Program-made: the position numbers and the translations under genes
NCBI RefSeq assembly: GCF_009914755.1
Contig: NC_060945.1
Length of the DNA: 64,000 nucleotides
Source: the human T2T-CHM13v2.0 reference genome, Homo sapiens
Strand: one strand, 5' to 3'
The notes under the pieces: model-generated
The model's input: only the letters and a program-made list of their open reading frames with translations
What the model was told of the DNA's origin: nothing
Database searches by the model: none
Shown: positions 49,916 through 64,000 of the stretch, piece by piece
How the letters are laid out: every line of letters begins with the position of its first letter
Numbering within the stretch: position 1 is the stretch's first letter

Positions 49916-49934
49916 TAGTGCCCCCTGCTGATCC
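49916..49934 (-). promoter_or_regulatory. Candidate CTCF motif
   Basis: Minus strand ggatcagcagggggcacta vs consensus tggccaccagggggcgcta; one conserved C is T. Confidence 0.45.
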
Positions 49935-50754
49935 TCAAAAAATGTTTTACATTTACATTGGTTTCTGATTTCTTCCCACATGGGTATTTTCCTATTACGA
50001 TACTTCCTTTTCAGGAAATATTTTTCCTATGTGACTCGCTATCTCAGTAATACTATCACACATTAGTATCTGTAGCTCCTCATAGAAAAAAAAAGTGATT
50101 CATCAAAAATGCATATCCATAAACTTTAAAAGAGTGCAAAGAGTTTGAAATTACTACTTGTATTATAACTGAAATGGTTGAACTTTTAATTAAAAAGAAA
50201 GAAATCATCACCACAAAGAAAGAAAATAAAAGCGAAAATACATGGTGACATTATCAATGACCCAGACTGGAGTACTGTTTCTGAGTTGGATGCTTGTTGA
50301 ATCAGTTCCTTGTTTATGACTTGCTTCAGTTTATAACTAGACACAGACACATCAGACATCAAGACACAACACATTGCCAAAGACCACCCATTAGTAATAT
50401 CAATTTTTTCACATTTTAGTCTCCTCTCATACACTATCTGTGAGAGAAATACTATTATTCTCATCTGAGGAGTGGGAAAAATGAGACTCATAAAACTTAT
50501 ATAATTATCGAAAGGTTGTGAACCATTGATGGCAGATCATCATCTTAGATTATTTTTAGAACACAAGGGAATATAAAAGCATTTTCCATGCCCACTCCTC
50601 ACTCCACTCCAGATTATTTCAGAGCAAATCACAGACATTTATAAATATTTCAGTATGTGTCTCTAAATATAAGGTCTCTTTTAAAAAGCATTTTCAAAAA
50701 TCTAGCAAAACCGAGATATTTAGCTATGATTTCAATGTCCACACTCTCTTCATC

Positions 50755-51213
50755 AATTAACCATTTCTTTTATTTTCTGATGCTTTGATATCTGCTTGCC
50801 TTGCTGACCCTACAAGGACGACTCCTTCCTTCCAGGATTAGCCAATTCCTGGAGATGGTAAACAACTCATCTTTCAAAAGTGAGCACAATTTTTAAATGA
50901 AAACCAAATCACTCCATGGCCAGGTACCAGACAACTATGGCAAACTCCTATGACCCAGAGCCCCTCTGAAAATATCCAACCTAAACAATCATAGACCTGA
51001 TTGTTCTGCCTCACCTATTCCTTCCCACAGAAACCATAATAAAGACTTATATCACCTGTGCCCACCCTGGTACCTCCTTGTGTGGTCCTTCATGGCAGAG
51101 TGTGCCCCCTGGTCTGGGAATCTGCAGGTATAACAAACTACCTTTTCAATGGCAGTTGTCTACTGATCTGTTAACATTACTATATATGAATAACAATAAA
51201 TCCTATTAACACA
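50755..51213 (+). mobile_element. ERVL solo LTR (MER74-like)
   Basis: 'ttctgatgctttga.atct..gccttgctgaccct..tagccaattcct.gagat..aaacaactc', 'ggccaggtaccagacaact', AATAAA near 51038. Confidence 0.7.
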
Positions 51214-51729
51214 AAGCACTACCCTACAGCAACTACACACAGTCTCCCTCCATCACATATTCATGAGAAGATAAAATTCTTATAAAATAATAAGTATGTC
51301 CTAATCTTAGAAATGCTGAATTATGGGGTCAGTGACACACAAAGCATTTTTATAAGTAGGATAACCCTTTCACATTAAATAAAAATCACTGTCAGTTATT
51401 TTGCATCAATAAATGGCTTCTTTGACATTCTTGATTGTCAAAAAGTCATTTTTCCAAACCATCAACTTCTACACAATTCCTGAGCCGTGATAACAGCAAC
51501 CAGCCCACTCCAACAAAGCAGTCAGACTTTAACAATACTAAATGGTGTTTAAGGTAAAAGATAACTTTGAGTCAGTCTGTCTGAGGAGTTGCAGGAAAAA
51601 GATAGAAGAGGGTAGACCCTTAACAGTCCAAATTTCTGTGTGGCTAACTTGAATCAACAAGACTTTGATATCTAACATCAAAATTTCCATTCATAAGGAA
51701 GAAGAAGGCACCAAACAAGCTTCTCAACT

Positions 51730-51870
51730 ATATTGTTTAATTTAATTCTCAACATCATACTATAAGGTAGAGTTAAACTATCCTCACTTCATAGATGTGA
51801 AATACAAGACTCAGGAATACTAAGATGCTTGCCTGTTAAATTTCAAAACCTTATTCTCACTTTATGCATC
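51730..51870 (-). mobile_element. MIR fragment
   Basis: 'tttaattctcaaca..aggtag..tatcctcactt.atagatg.gaaa..agactcag..cttgcc'. Confidence 0.6.
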
Positions 51871-52289
51871 ATGTTCTTCCCACCAAGTCCCAGCATATTC
51901 ACAAATGTCTCAAACTCTTTAGCCAAAGCTGTTGTATAGTATAAGGTAATTCTGGCATTTCAAATAAGTATTTGGTATTATCTATAATCTGTTTTTTTTA
52001 TTATAAACAATTAAAGTTGGGTGAAGTTTCAGGTGGTTTCCAGCATAAAACTCAAATTTAGTTTTCAACTAATCTCAAGCTTAACGCCAGTGGGCCACAG
52101 CCAGCCTCGGGTATCACCGATGTAGTGTTTTTCCCGTATCCCTACATAACACTAAGGCAGTGTCTACACTTGTTAGATTGTATGACCCTTCTCAGGTAGT
52201 CTATTTCAGTACCAAGATCCAGTTCAGCACGAAGACGCCTTCAGCCCAGAATGGCCTAGCCAGATTCAAGGGGTGAGGTGAGGAAGGGG

Positions 52290-52452
52290 GGATACACAGT
52301 GAAATTTGAATTGCAGATAAACAGCAAATAATGCTTAGGACAAGTAAGTCCCATGAAATATTTAGGACATACTTTCTACAGGAAAAAAAGTATTCCCTAT
52401 TTATCCATAATACAAATATAACCAGGGGTCCTGTATTTTACCTGGCAACCCT
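52290..52452. mobile_element. MER53 palindromic hAT MITE
   Basis: 'aaatttgaatt.cagataaaca..gtcccatg.aatattt.ggacatactt..gtcctgtatttta.ctggcaacccta'. Confidence 0.85.
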
Positions 52453-52719
52453 AGTCCAAAGTCTTCTAGAAAACCTGAATTCGTTCTGTGGTTTCATCCA
52501 GAGGTGGCTCTGTGCTGAGAAGAAAGCTAAATCCAGAACCCAGTTCCCACACATTTCTTGAAATATAAAAATGCTATGAGGCTCCTCTAGGCCACATCTG
52601 TAGGTAATTTCACTCCCATGACCCATCCTAATTTGAAAAGGAAATCACAGAGATAATCTAGAACCAGATAAGCTTCCAGGGTAGAAGAAGCAAGATGGCA
52701 TGGTTATTTACTTCACTAA

Positions 52720-53149
<430 letters not shown>

Positions 53150-54959
53150 TAAATAAACCTAGAAACAAGTTGCATATAATGCCATCTTTAATATATCAGA
53201 ATAGGTTTTATTATATGTATTGCTTTGATTTTAATTCGCATTTTCTAATAATAAACAGTTCAGAGCATGATTATTTTGGAGAAAGTGCTGTTCCTATTTC
53301 AGACTGTTTGGAAGAGACTTATATTTAATTCACTATAATATTTCTAAATTCTTCTTGTGGTGGTTTTAGCCCCATGGTATGTTATGATTTCCTGGACCCA
53401 CAAGATGGGGAGGCATTTCTTTTGTCAATGTTGTTTCCTGTGAGAATAATTCATTTTTAAAGAAAAATATAATTTATTTATCAAAATTCAGACTGCTATT
53501 GCTGCACATTACCTGCAAATATTTTATGAGGTTTGGGTTTTTTTTTTTAACTTTGAAAACTCATAACTTGTTTCAGTAAGGGTGAAAGCTTTGACTGAAA
53601 GATGAAAATAACAATGACAGTCTCACACAAAGTGTCAAAAAGGGTTTCAACTTGAGGGAATATTGGTGGTTTGGTGACATCCATCTTAGTATATATTTCT
53701 AGAACAGTGAATATCATATTGTTCCACTTGCCAAAATGTCATGAATTTAAAGCTGGTCTCAGAAAATACCATCAATGCTGACTGTGAAATTTCCTGTGAC
53801 TTAAGTGGAAGAACAATATTACATGCTCTCTTTTGTGCAAGAACTGTTATTATTAAAGCAATTTAAATCAAAGTCAGTTTTTCTGGGTCAGCCATATAGT
53901 TGGAATGCCTGATTACAAACTCCAAACTTGTTGAGGCAATGAAGACACTTAAAGAGAGTTCAAGAAAAACAGCTTCTTATAAATGACTTTTTAAAATCTG
54001 ATTTAGCACCCCCATCCAAGATAATCATAGTTCAAGATATTTCCATATATAAGATGAGCATTAGAACAAGATAGTGATGGCAGTATTAGCAATGCATTCA
54101 CTGTGAAAATAAACTGGTAGTGAAGTGATCACAGCAGAAAGTAATGAACATGAATAAGAATACCATTTGGAAGGGGTAACATACTGGGACTCAAGCAACT
54201 TAGCATTGTTTGGACAAGATAACCTTGATAGCTACTTCCTGCCTTTCGGTTCCATGATTCTCTGATTATCAGAAAACTCTCATCATACATTTCAGGATGC
54301 ATGAGGAAATGACAGAAAAATTATTTACATTTTTGAGGAAATGCTTTTTATAGCTGATATCTTTTTAAATTATTTGCTTGCATTTTCTTTCTTCTTTTTT
54401 TTTTTTTGAGGGGCTTAATATAACAAAGATTTATTTCTTCCTCATGTAGATATTCGTTACACGTTGTTTGGGACTCCATGCCATATAATCACACCTGGGA
54501 CACGTTCGGTCAATTGAGGATTCTTCTCCATGTCATTTTCACTGTGGGAGCCAACCTGACAAAGCAGCTTGAATGTGGAAAAACTCAAACTGTGTTTCTC
54601 CCACTATTATTTGTATTTTCTTTATACGTATTTTCACCCAATATTTTGTTTCTTAGAGTATTTAAGTGCCCAGTTCTTATTAATGTGAATAATTTTACAA
54701 AAACATAAGTCAAATAAGGCTGTGCTATTATAATGATTTGATGTCTGACATTATTATCCAAGTGTTTATGATCTCATTTCCCTGGATATAGATGTCATTG
54801 TTGGGAAATTAATCAACAAAGACACCCTTACTCTTCTTCCTCTTCGTGTGTGTACACAGAAGTCTCAGAACTCTATGAAACATCTAGTTTCTCTCTGCCT
54901 TATAAGCAAATAAAACAAAACTTAAACTTTATATTGATAGTTGTTTACATGGTTTAGAA

Positions 54960-56696
<1,737 letters not shown>

Positions 56697-58099
56697 CTTT
56701 AGAGCAATGTGGAATTTTCTATCAGCAAAGGAATTGTGAGAAGTTTTTAGAGCATTAGTTGCACAACTAAAACAATTTCCTTCCTATTCGCTTAGGCAAG
56801 TACCCAAGACATATATTCCTTCCCCTTGTGCATTTAGATTTTAAAAATAAAAGTCTTTCCATTAGCATTGATCAACTCAGGCATCTCTTCTCCATAAACT
56901 ATTCCAATGAGTCTCTGCTCAACTAACCAGCTTCTCTCTATTGGAAAAATGATTCACTATTGGGAGAAAGACACTTACAGGAACAAATTGAATCACAGGT
57001 TTCTAGAGATGCTTTCCAAAGACCATGTTATGACATTTTAGTGCTTGCTAAGCAGTAAATACTGACTTACTTTCCTGCTACACTCTTCAGAGCAGAAAGA
57101 GAAATCTACAAAAAGGGCAATGTAGTTGGGATCCACCACAGCCTTGAGACTGGGCCATGTTTCTACAGCTTACCCACATTTTACCCCCACTTTCTCTGAG
57201 AAACAATGCAAACTGGAGAACAAGGTCAGAGAAGTTATCTTGGATGGTAGAAGAGAAGAAAGGAGAAGAAAGGATAAGCAGAAAATCAAAAAGGGCATAA
57301 AAAAATTACTGGGGAAAATAATTCTTAGTCACTCACCATTTCTTATGTTTGTGAAAACAGAAACGAGGAGCAAGTGTTGTTGTAAGAATTGTTCTTGCCC
57401 CTCCCCCTCCACCACCCACATCTGTCAAGCTATCCCTGTTTCACTGTTTCCTCTGCACTCTCTATTAACTTCTTTGTCCTCCTCTTTTCTTTTCCTACAG
57501 CAAAGACTTTTTGTCATGTTTTGTTTCTTTTTCTATTGTTTCTTTCCCTTTTCTAATCCTTGAAGACTATCTTTTCCCCTTCTCTTTTCCATTTATCTCC
57601 TTGACCTTTCAAATCTTTTTTATTCTTTAGTCTCCTAATGCATTTTCTTCTCCCATTTTTCCCTTTCTATACTATGCAAATGGTGTTTAATTAATCAAAA
57701 GCAATATATCTGAAATTTCCAAACTTGAAACATGAGACCAGTAGGACCGACAGATTTGTAATCTCAAGGTACTCCGAGGTCACAACATTTTGAAATTGTG
57801 TTTTCTTTTAAATAAAAATCTAGAATACATAAAACATACAATACAATACATACATACATACAATACAAACATCTTCTAGATGATCCGGAATGGGTATCTT
57901 TTTTAAAAATTTCTACTGCTCCCTTTTAATGTTGCACTTTGTGTTCATATTTACAATTGTAGAAGTCTACATTAACGTCACATTATGTCATGTCATATTA
58001 TTAAAAAAAAAAGTTTCACAGTAGTTAATTGGGAGAATTGAATCATCACGTAATAACACAGACAAATCTAAATTTTAAAAAAACCTGTGCCCTGTGCAA

Positions 58100-58365
<266 letters not shown>

Positions 58366-58448
58366 TCAATTTGTATCGCTTTAAAACAGTGAACTAGCAT
58401 AAGTATAGTAGTAAATATAGGCTGTTGTTCTGTTCCTAACTCCAATAA

Positions 58449-58823
<375 letters not shown>

Positions 58824-58862
58824 TAAAATAAATTTCAATGACTTATCAAGAATCTCCTTCCT

Positions 58863-59163
<301 letters not shown>

Positions 59164-59249
59164 AAGAGTCTCCTTCCTAAAACTGACAATCAAGGAATTT
59201 TCTTCATCAAAATTTTTGTCAAGAATATATCCCATTGGTCTTTCTCTTT

Positions 59250-61980
59250 GAGTACTGAGTGAAATTCTAGTCGGCTGACTTCCAGAAGAAAACTATCAGG
59301 ATAGAGCAGGTAGATTCTGGTGAGAAGTAACACTCAGAGAAAGGAAGACATACAATGTGATTAAACCTTTAGCAGCTTTTGGCCTGGGGCCAGATGCAGT
59401 CCCTGTGGAACACAGGACAACAGAGGAAACTACGGAAAAAAACAGTATGTTCTAATGTGGAGAAGCAGAACACAATCTAAGGAAAGCACAGCTGCTGGAA
59501 GGAGTGGAAGAATCTTAGAAGGTACAGAGTCAGAAAGAGAATACTCATATTTGTCTGCCATGTCAGTCTCTGGCAACTCGTGACCCAAAACGTGCAAAAC
59601 AGACTCAAAGCAGCTCAGCTACAGACAGAAGATCTTATCTGAGACCAGGGCTGCCGCTCAAGTGTTTGCAGTTCAAATCCAATCAATGTAATATCTTCAG
59701 AAGCAATGGGAAGGACACTCATCCGAGAAACGTAACAGAATCCAGTGTTTCTGTTCTTACACTCAAAATGTCCAGTATATAATCTTTCAGAATTATGAAG
59801 AACTAAGAAAATGGAACACATTCTCAAAACAAAATCTAATGTTTTCAATCTCAAAATAACTCATGTTAGAACTAGTGGACAAGAATTTTAAAGTAGCTGT
59901 TATAATTCCCTTAATGAAGTAAAATAAAATATGTTTGCAATAAATGAAGGATAGAAAATTGTAGCAGAGAAATAAAAACAATAAAAAAGAGCAAAAGAAA
60001 TTCCATAAACAAAATATACAATATCTGAAATAAAAATTTTACTGCAGGGACATAGTATTCAAATGGGGATGACAGAAGAAAGAATAATTAAACTTACAGA
60101 CAGATCAATAGAAATTACACAATGCGAAAAAGAGAAAACAGGATGAAAAATAATGGACACTTTCTTACTGACCTATGGGATAATATCAAATGCTCAAACA
60201 TATGTCTAACAGGAAATCTAGAAGAAAAAAGGAGAAGGAATATGAAAAAATATGTAAAGAAATAATGGCCAAAAATTTCTCAAATTTAAAGTAAAACAAA
60301 TTTACATATTCAAGATATTTAATGAGCCCTGAGTACATTAAACACAAAGCCATACTGAGACGTATTATAATTAACCAGTTGGGTAGAAGTAATTTTGAAA
60401 ATGGAATGAGAAAAGCAATGAGAAAGCAGAAAAGGAAAAACACATTACAGAGAAGGAGAGTAATTCAATGTTATGGAATTGTGGAAGCCAAAAGCAAATA
60501 GAATGAAGTCTTCAAAGTGTTCACAGAAAAAAAGCCTGTCAACTAGAATTCTACATCCAATGAAAATATAGTTCAAAAATAAAGGCAGAACTTAACAAAG
60601 AATGAAATCCTGCCATTTGTAACAACATGGATGGGCCTGGAGGGCATTATGCTAAGTGAAATAAACCAGACATAGAAAGACAAATACCGCATGATCTCAT
60701 TTATACATGGAATCTACAACAGTCTAACACAGAGAAGCAGAGAGTAGAATTGTGGTTGCCAGGGGCTCGGGGAAGGAGGAAATGAGGCAGTGTTGATCCA
60801 AAGGTAAAAAGTTCCATTCACGCGAAAGAAAAAAGTTCTGGAGATCTACCATAAAACGCAGGGTCTATGATTAACAAACGGTATTGTATTATATTCTTAA
60901 AATGTGCTAAGAGGATAGATCTTATGTAACCTTATTACAAAAGGGGAAAAAGAAAACAAAGTGGGCAGATGGAAACTTTGGAGTTGATGTATAAGTTTAT
61001 GGCATTGTTGGTGATGATATTTGATGGTTTTACAAGTGTGTCCTTATCTCCAAACAATCAAGTTTTATATATTAAATATCTATAGCTTTTCATATGGCAA
61101 TCGTACCTCAGTAAGTCATTTTTAAAAAAGAATAAAGGCAGAATAAAAACATTTTATAGAAAATAAAAGATTATTGCCAGCAGATCTGTTAAGAAATGAC
61201 AAAGGAAGGTTCAGAATGAAAGGAAATGAAACCATATGGAAACTCAAACGCTGAGAAAGGAATATAGAACATGGGAAATGGTATCTGGGTTAACGAAAAA
61301 AGTTTGTTTTGCTTTATTTCTCTTAATTTCTTTATAATACATATAATTGCTTAAACCAAACATTATAATATTTTCTTAAAGGATTTATAACATGTTAAAA
61401 TGCAATATATATAACAACTACAGAATAAAAACTGGGGAGGGAGTCTGATATGGACCTATATGATTTCAAGGTTTCCACATTATGTAAAGTAACATTAACT
61501 GTAAGTAGATTGTTAAGGATATATATTGTAACCTCTATTTCCACCACTTAAAAAGTGACAGAAGACACATAGCTGGAAGGTCAACAGAAAAATCAAAATG
61601 GATTTCTGACATTTCTAAATAATAAAAAGGCAGGAAAAAATAGAAGGAAAAACAAAGTAGATAAATAAAAAAAATAAAGTAGCTGTATTAATGCCATATA
61701 ACAGAGATTTCAAGTCAAAAGTTATTACTAGTGACAAAGAAGCTATTTCATAGAAGTAAAAGGATCAATTCATTAAAAAGACATGATTAAAAAGTGTATG
61801 TTTTTAATATCACAGCAGGAACATACAAAAGTGAAATTTAACAAATTAAAGGGAGACATAGACAAATCCACAGAGTTGGCGATTTGTTAAATTTCTCTGT
61901 TAGCAATTGATAGATCAGCTAGAAATCAGCAAAGATACCGAAGATATGACTAACACTCTCAAGCATATTGACCAGAATAT
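59250..61980 (+). mobile_element. Ancient L1M (5' region, ORF1, start of ORF2), heavily decayed and split by an L1MB
   Basis: ORF1-like 'gacagatcaatagaaatt', 'aagaaataatggccaaaaattt', 'tgtcaactagaattcta.atcca'; ORF2 EN-like 'tagtgacaaaga..catag..aaaaggatcaattca', 'agaaatcagcaaaga'; boundaries approximate. Confidence 0.7.
60591..61130 (+). mobile_element. L1MB1/2-like 3' end nested in the older L1
   Basis: 'aatgaaatcctgccatttg.aacaacatggatg..ctggagggcattatgctaagtgaaataa'; TSD aataaaggcagaa at 60578-60590 and 61131-61143. Confidence 0.9.
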
Positions 61981-62204
61981 TTGTGGCTAAATTTACATTT
62001 TCAGGATAAAGGATGATATATCAGAATCAGGTCTTAATGGTGGTCATATTAATTTGTAATTGTTTATTTCTAAGTATATCAATAGATTATATATTTCTAC
62101 TCTAGTATTTCAAAAGCATCCAAAGCATTTTCAAGAATTAGAAATTGTCCATTCTAACAAATGAAGCATAGATGATACCATAACTGTCATTCCACATATT
62201 ACAG

Positions 62205-62385
62205 AGAGCAGTTTGGAATGTGCGCTCTGAGGCCAAGTGTACTTAAGTTAAGTCCCATCTCTGGCCCTTCTTAGTTACACAGCTTGGGTGTATCACTTAA
62301 TCTCCCATGATTCTTCACTTTCTCTTCTGAAAATGGAGATAATGATAGCCTCTATCTCACAGAGTTAAGCAAGAATATTAAAATC
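62205..62385 (+). mobile_element. MIR SINE
   Basis: 'gctctg..tcccatctctg..cttggg..tcacttaatctc..aaaatggagataat.atag..ctatctcacagagtt'. Confidence 0.75.
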
Positions 62386-63044
62386 AAACTGTTATCGTGG
62401 TCACTGTGTCATTATCAAAAATGGAAGCCAAATTTGCTTTGCATCTCAGTAAATAAATGAATTTTCGTTTGAAAAGTGCAAATAAATCAAACTTGAGATG
62501 ATCACAAGGAGCCTCTTAACACTGTTGAAACCACTGGAGGTTTATCCTGCAAAGCTATTTAGATTAAATCTGAAAAGTTCAAATCTTTACACCAAAGCTG
62601 AACCCCATATGGTTCAGGAGTCTTTGCCTGAAAATACATATGCTTAAGTAGAGTTTTCAATTTGTTTCTTTTTGAAATTCGTACAGTTTCCCCTCAATTG
62701 CACCCAAATGTTTTTCATTTCCTTCTCCAGGTTGACAAAGAATATTGATTTTGGTCATAACAGAATTCTCTCCAGAGAGGTCAGAGAGGTTCTTGTTGAT
62801 ACTGTCTGATTTAAATTTCATTTAAGCTGCTTGTTTTTTTAGGCATTAAATAAAAGAAATTATCTATAGCCAGGAAGAGGGTGTAAAAAGGTGACACAAG
62901 TTAAGACCACCTGCCTCCTGACAGAACTGAAGTTTAAAGTGGATTTTTTCTTTGAGTAGACTTTCAATCAAGTAATATCCAGTTTTAAAATAACTTATCC
63001 AAAATCTTTGATATTTTTCATTATGTTTTCCAAAATTGACAAAC

Positions 63045-63165
63045 GTTAGAGTATAAGAGTTTAGGTAGAATTATTTAGAGTTAGAGTTAGGTACAATTAT
63101 TTAGACTTAGAGTACAAAAGTTAGAGTACAAAAGTTAGAATACAAAAGTTTAGGTACAATTATTT
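63045..63165. repeat. Degenerate tandem repeat of ttagagtacaaaag / ttaggtacaattat units
   Basis: 14-bp unit ttagagtacaaaag about 3 times (63107-63149), with related units on both sides. Confidence 0.8.
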
Positions 63166-63699
63166 CCTTTGATACTAATTCAAAAAGTCTTCTTGAATAA
63201 GATACGTTTTGTTAACATTTTTCTTTTCTAGTGTTTTCTTATTGTAATGCACTCATGAAAGAGAAATATTCAACTTAAACTTTCAGAGGAAAAAAAAGCT
63301 TAAACAAATATGATCAATCTTTATGTGTGTCAAGAAGCCTCTTAAAATTACCTTTAAGCCATATGAAAAAGACGAACTATACAAATACTTGTTTCTCATT
63401 TCAAATAAACTTGTTTAACAAACTCATTTTATTGTTTATTTTCTCAATCATGATGTTTGATTGATTTAATTTGCATGTCCATTTCATAAAGCATGAGTGT
63501 TCATACTGAAACAATGCTTACCAAGGACAAAGAGCATTTTCTCATCATAACTGGTGAACTCCCACCATAAAGCCAAAAATGAAGGAAACTGAGATCTAAA
63601 AATCAGGTATCATTAAAATAATAACAGAGTAAGAGAGCTTCCTATGATATGTAAAAATGTAACATACTTTTTTCTTAAAATTACTTTAAAAATACTCCT

Positions 63700-63993
63700 G
63701 GCTGGGCACGGTGACTCACGCCTGTAATCCCAGCACTTTGCGAGGCCGAGGCAGTGAATCATGAAATTAGGAGTTCAAGACCAGCCTGGCCAATATGGTG
63801 AAACCCCGTCTCTATTAAAAATACAAAAAATTAGCTGGGCATAGTGGTGGGCGCCTGTAATCCCATCTACTCAGGAGGCTGAACCAGGAGAATCACTTGA
63901 ACCTGGGGGCGGAGGTTGCAGTGAGCTGCCGCGCCGCTGCACTGCAGCCCGGGCAACGGAGCGAGACTCCGTCTCAAAAAAAAAAAAAAAAAA
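63700..63993 (+). mobile_element. AluSg-like, full length, with A tail
   Basis: 'aatcatga' 2-nt deletion form, 'accagcctggccaa', several intact CpGs, pure A tail. Confidence 0.93.
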
Positions 63994-64000
63994 CTCGTAT

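Noticed and set aside
57087-57158. Minus-strand ATG reading MAQSQG..., like the IMMP2L N-terminus as I recall it
   Set aside because: Similarity stops after six codons and the frame terminates after 23 codons; treated as coincidence.
57126-57563. 145-aa ORF, the longest in the track
   Set aside because: Non-ATG start, composition driven by purine and pyrimidine low-complexity tracts, and no recognisable domain.

Overview
Primate (very probably human) AT-rich intergenic or deep-intronic DNA. I found no protein-coding gene, CpG island, RNA gene or CRISPR-like array that I can support. Much of the window is fossil transposable elements: a ~4 kb 5'-truncated L1PB-type LINE-1, an internally deleted near-full-length L1MA, several L1 3' ends, about 11 Alu pieces, solo LTRs (MER41, THE1 x2, MLT1/2, MER57, MER67, LTR32-, MER54- and MER74-like), DNA transposons (Tigger2b, Charlie1a, MER53, MADE2, MER103-like), L2 and MIR. 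The recognisable ORFs in the track are decayed L1 ORF2 or Alu/LTR read-throughs, and the rest match no protein I know. Subfamily names are recalled from consensus sequences and need RepeatMasker/Dfam confirmation. I see no new multi-gene system. The most unusual structures are mechanistic. (1) An antisense Alu tail and a sense L1PA 3' end sit inside one perfect 15-bp target-site duplication (33136-33894), which fits twin priming of an Alu-containing L1 transcript. (2) An ancient L1MA has a twin-priming inversion and surviving TSDs (14384-15163). (3) There is a perfect 61-bp tandem duplication (35648-35771). (4) A ~147-bp segment carrying MADE2 plus its flanks is duplicated 2.4 kb away. (5) Three Alus are tightly packed in alternating orientation. 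(6) There are candidate regulatory motif clusters: a paired AP-1 hairpin, tandem GAS sites, an E-box cluster and a CTCF-like site.
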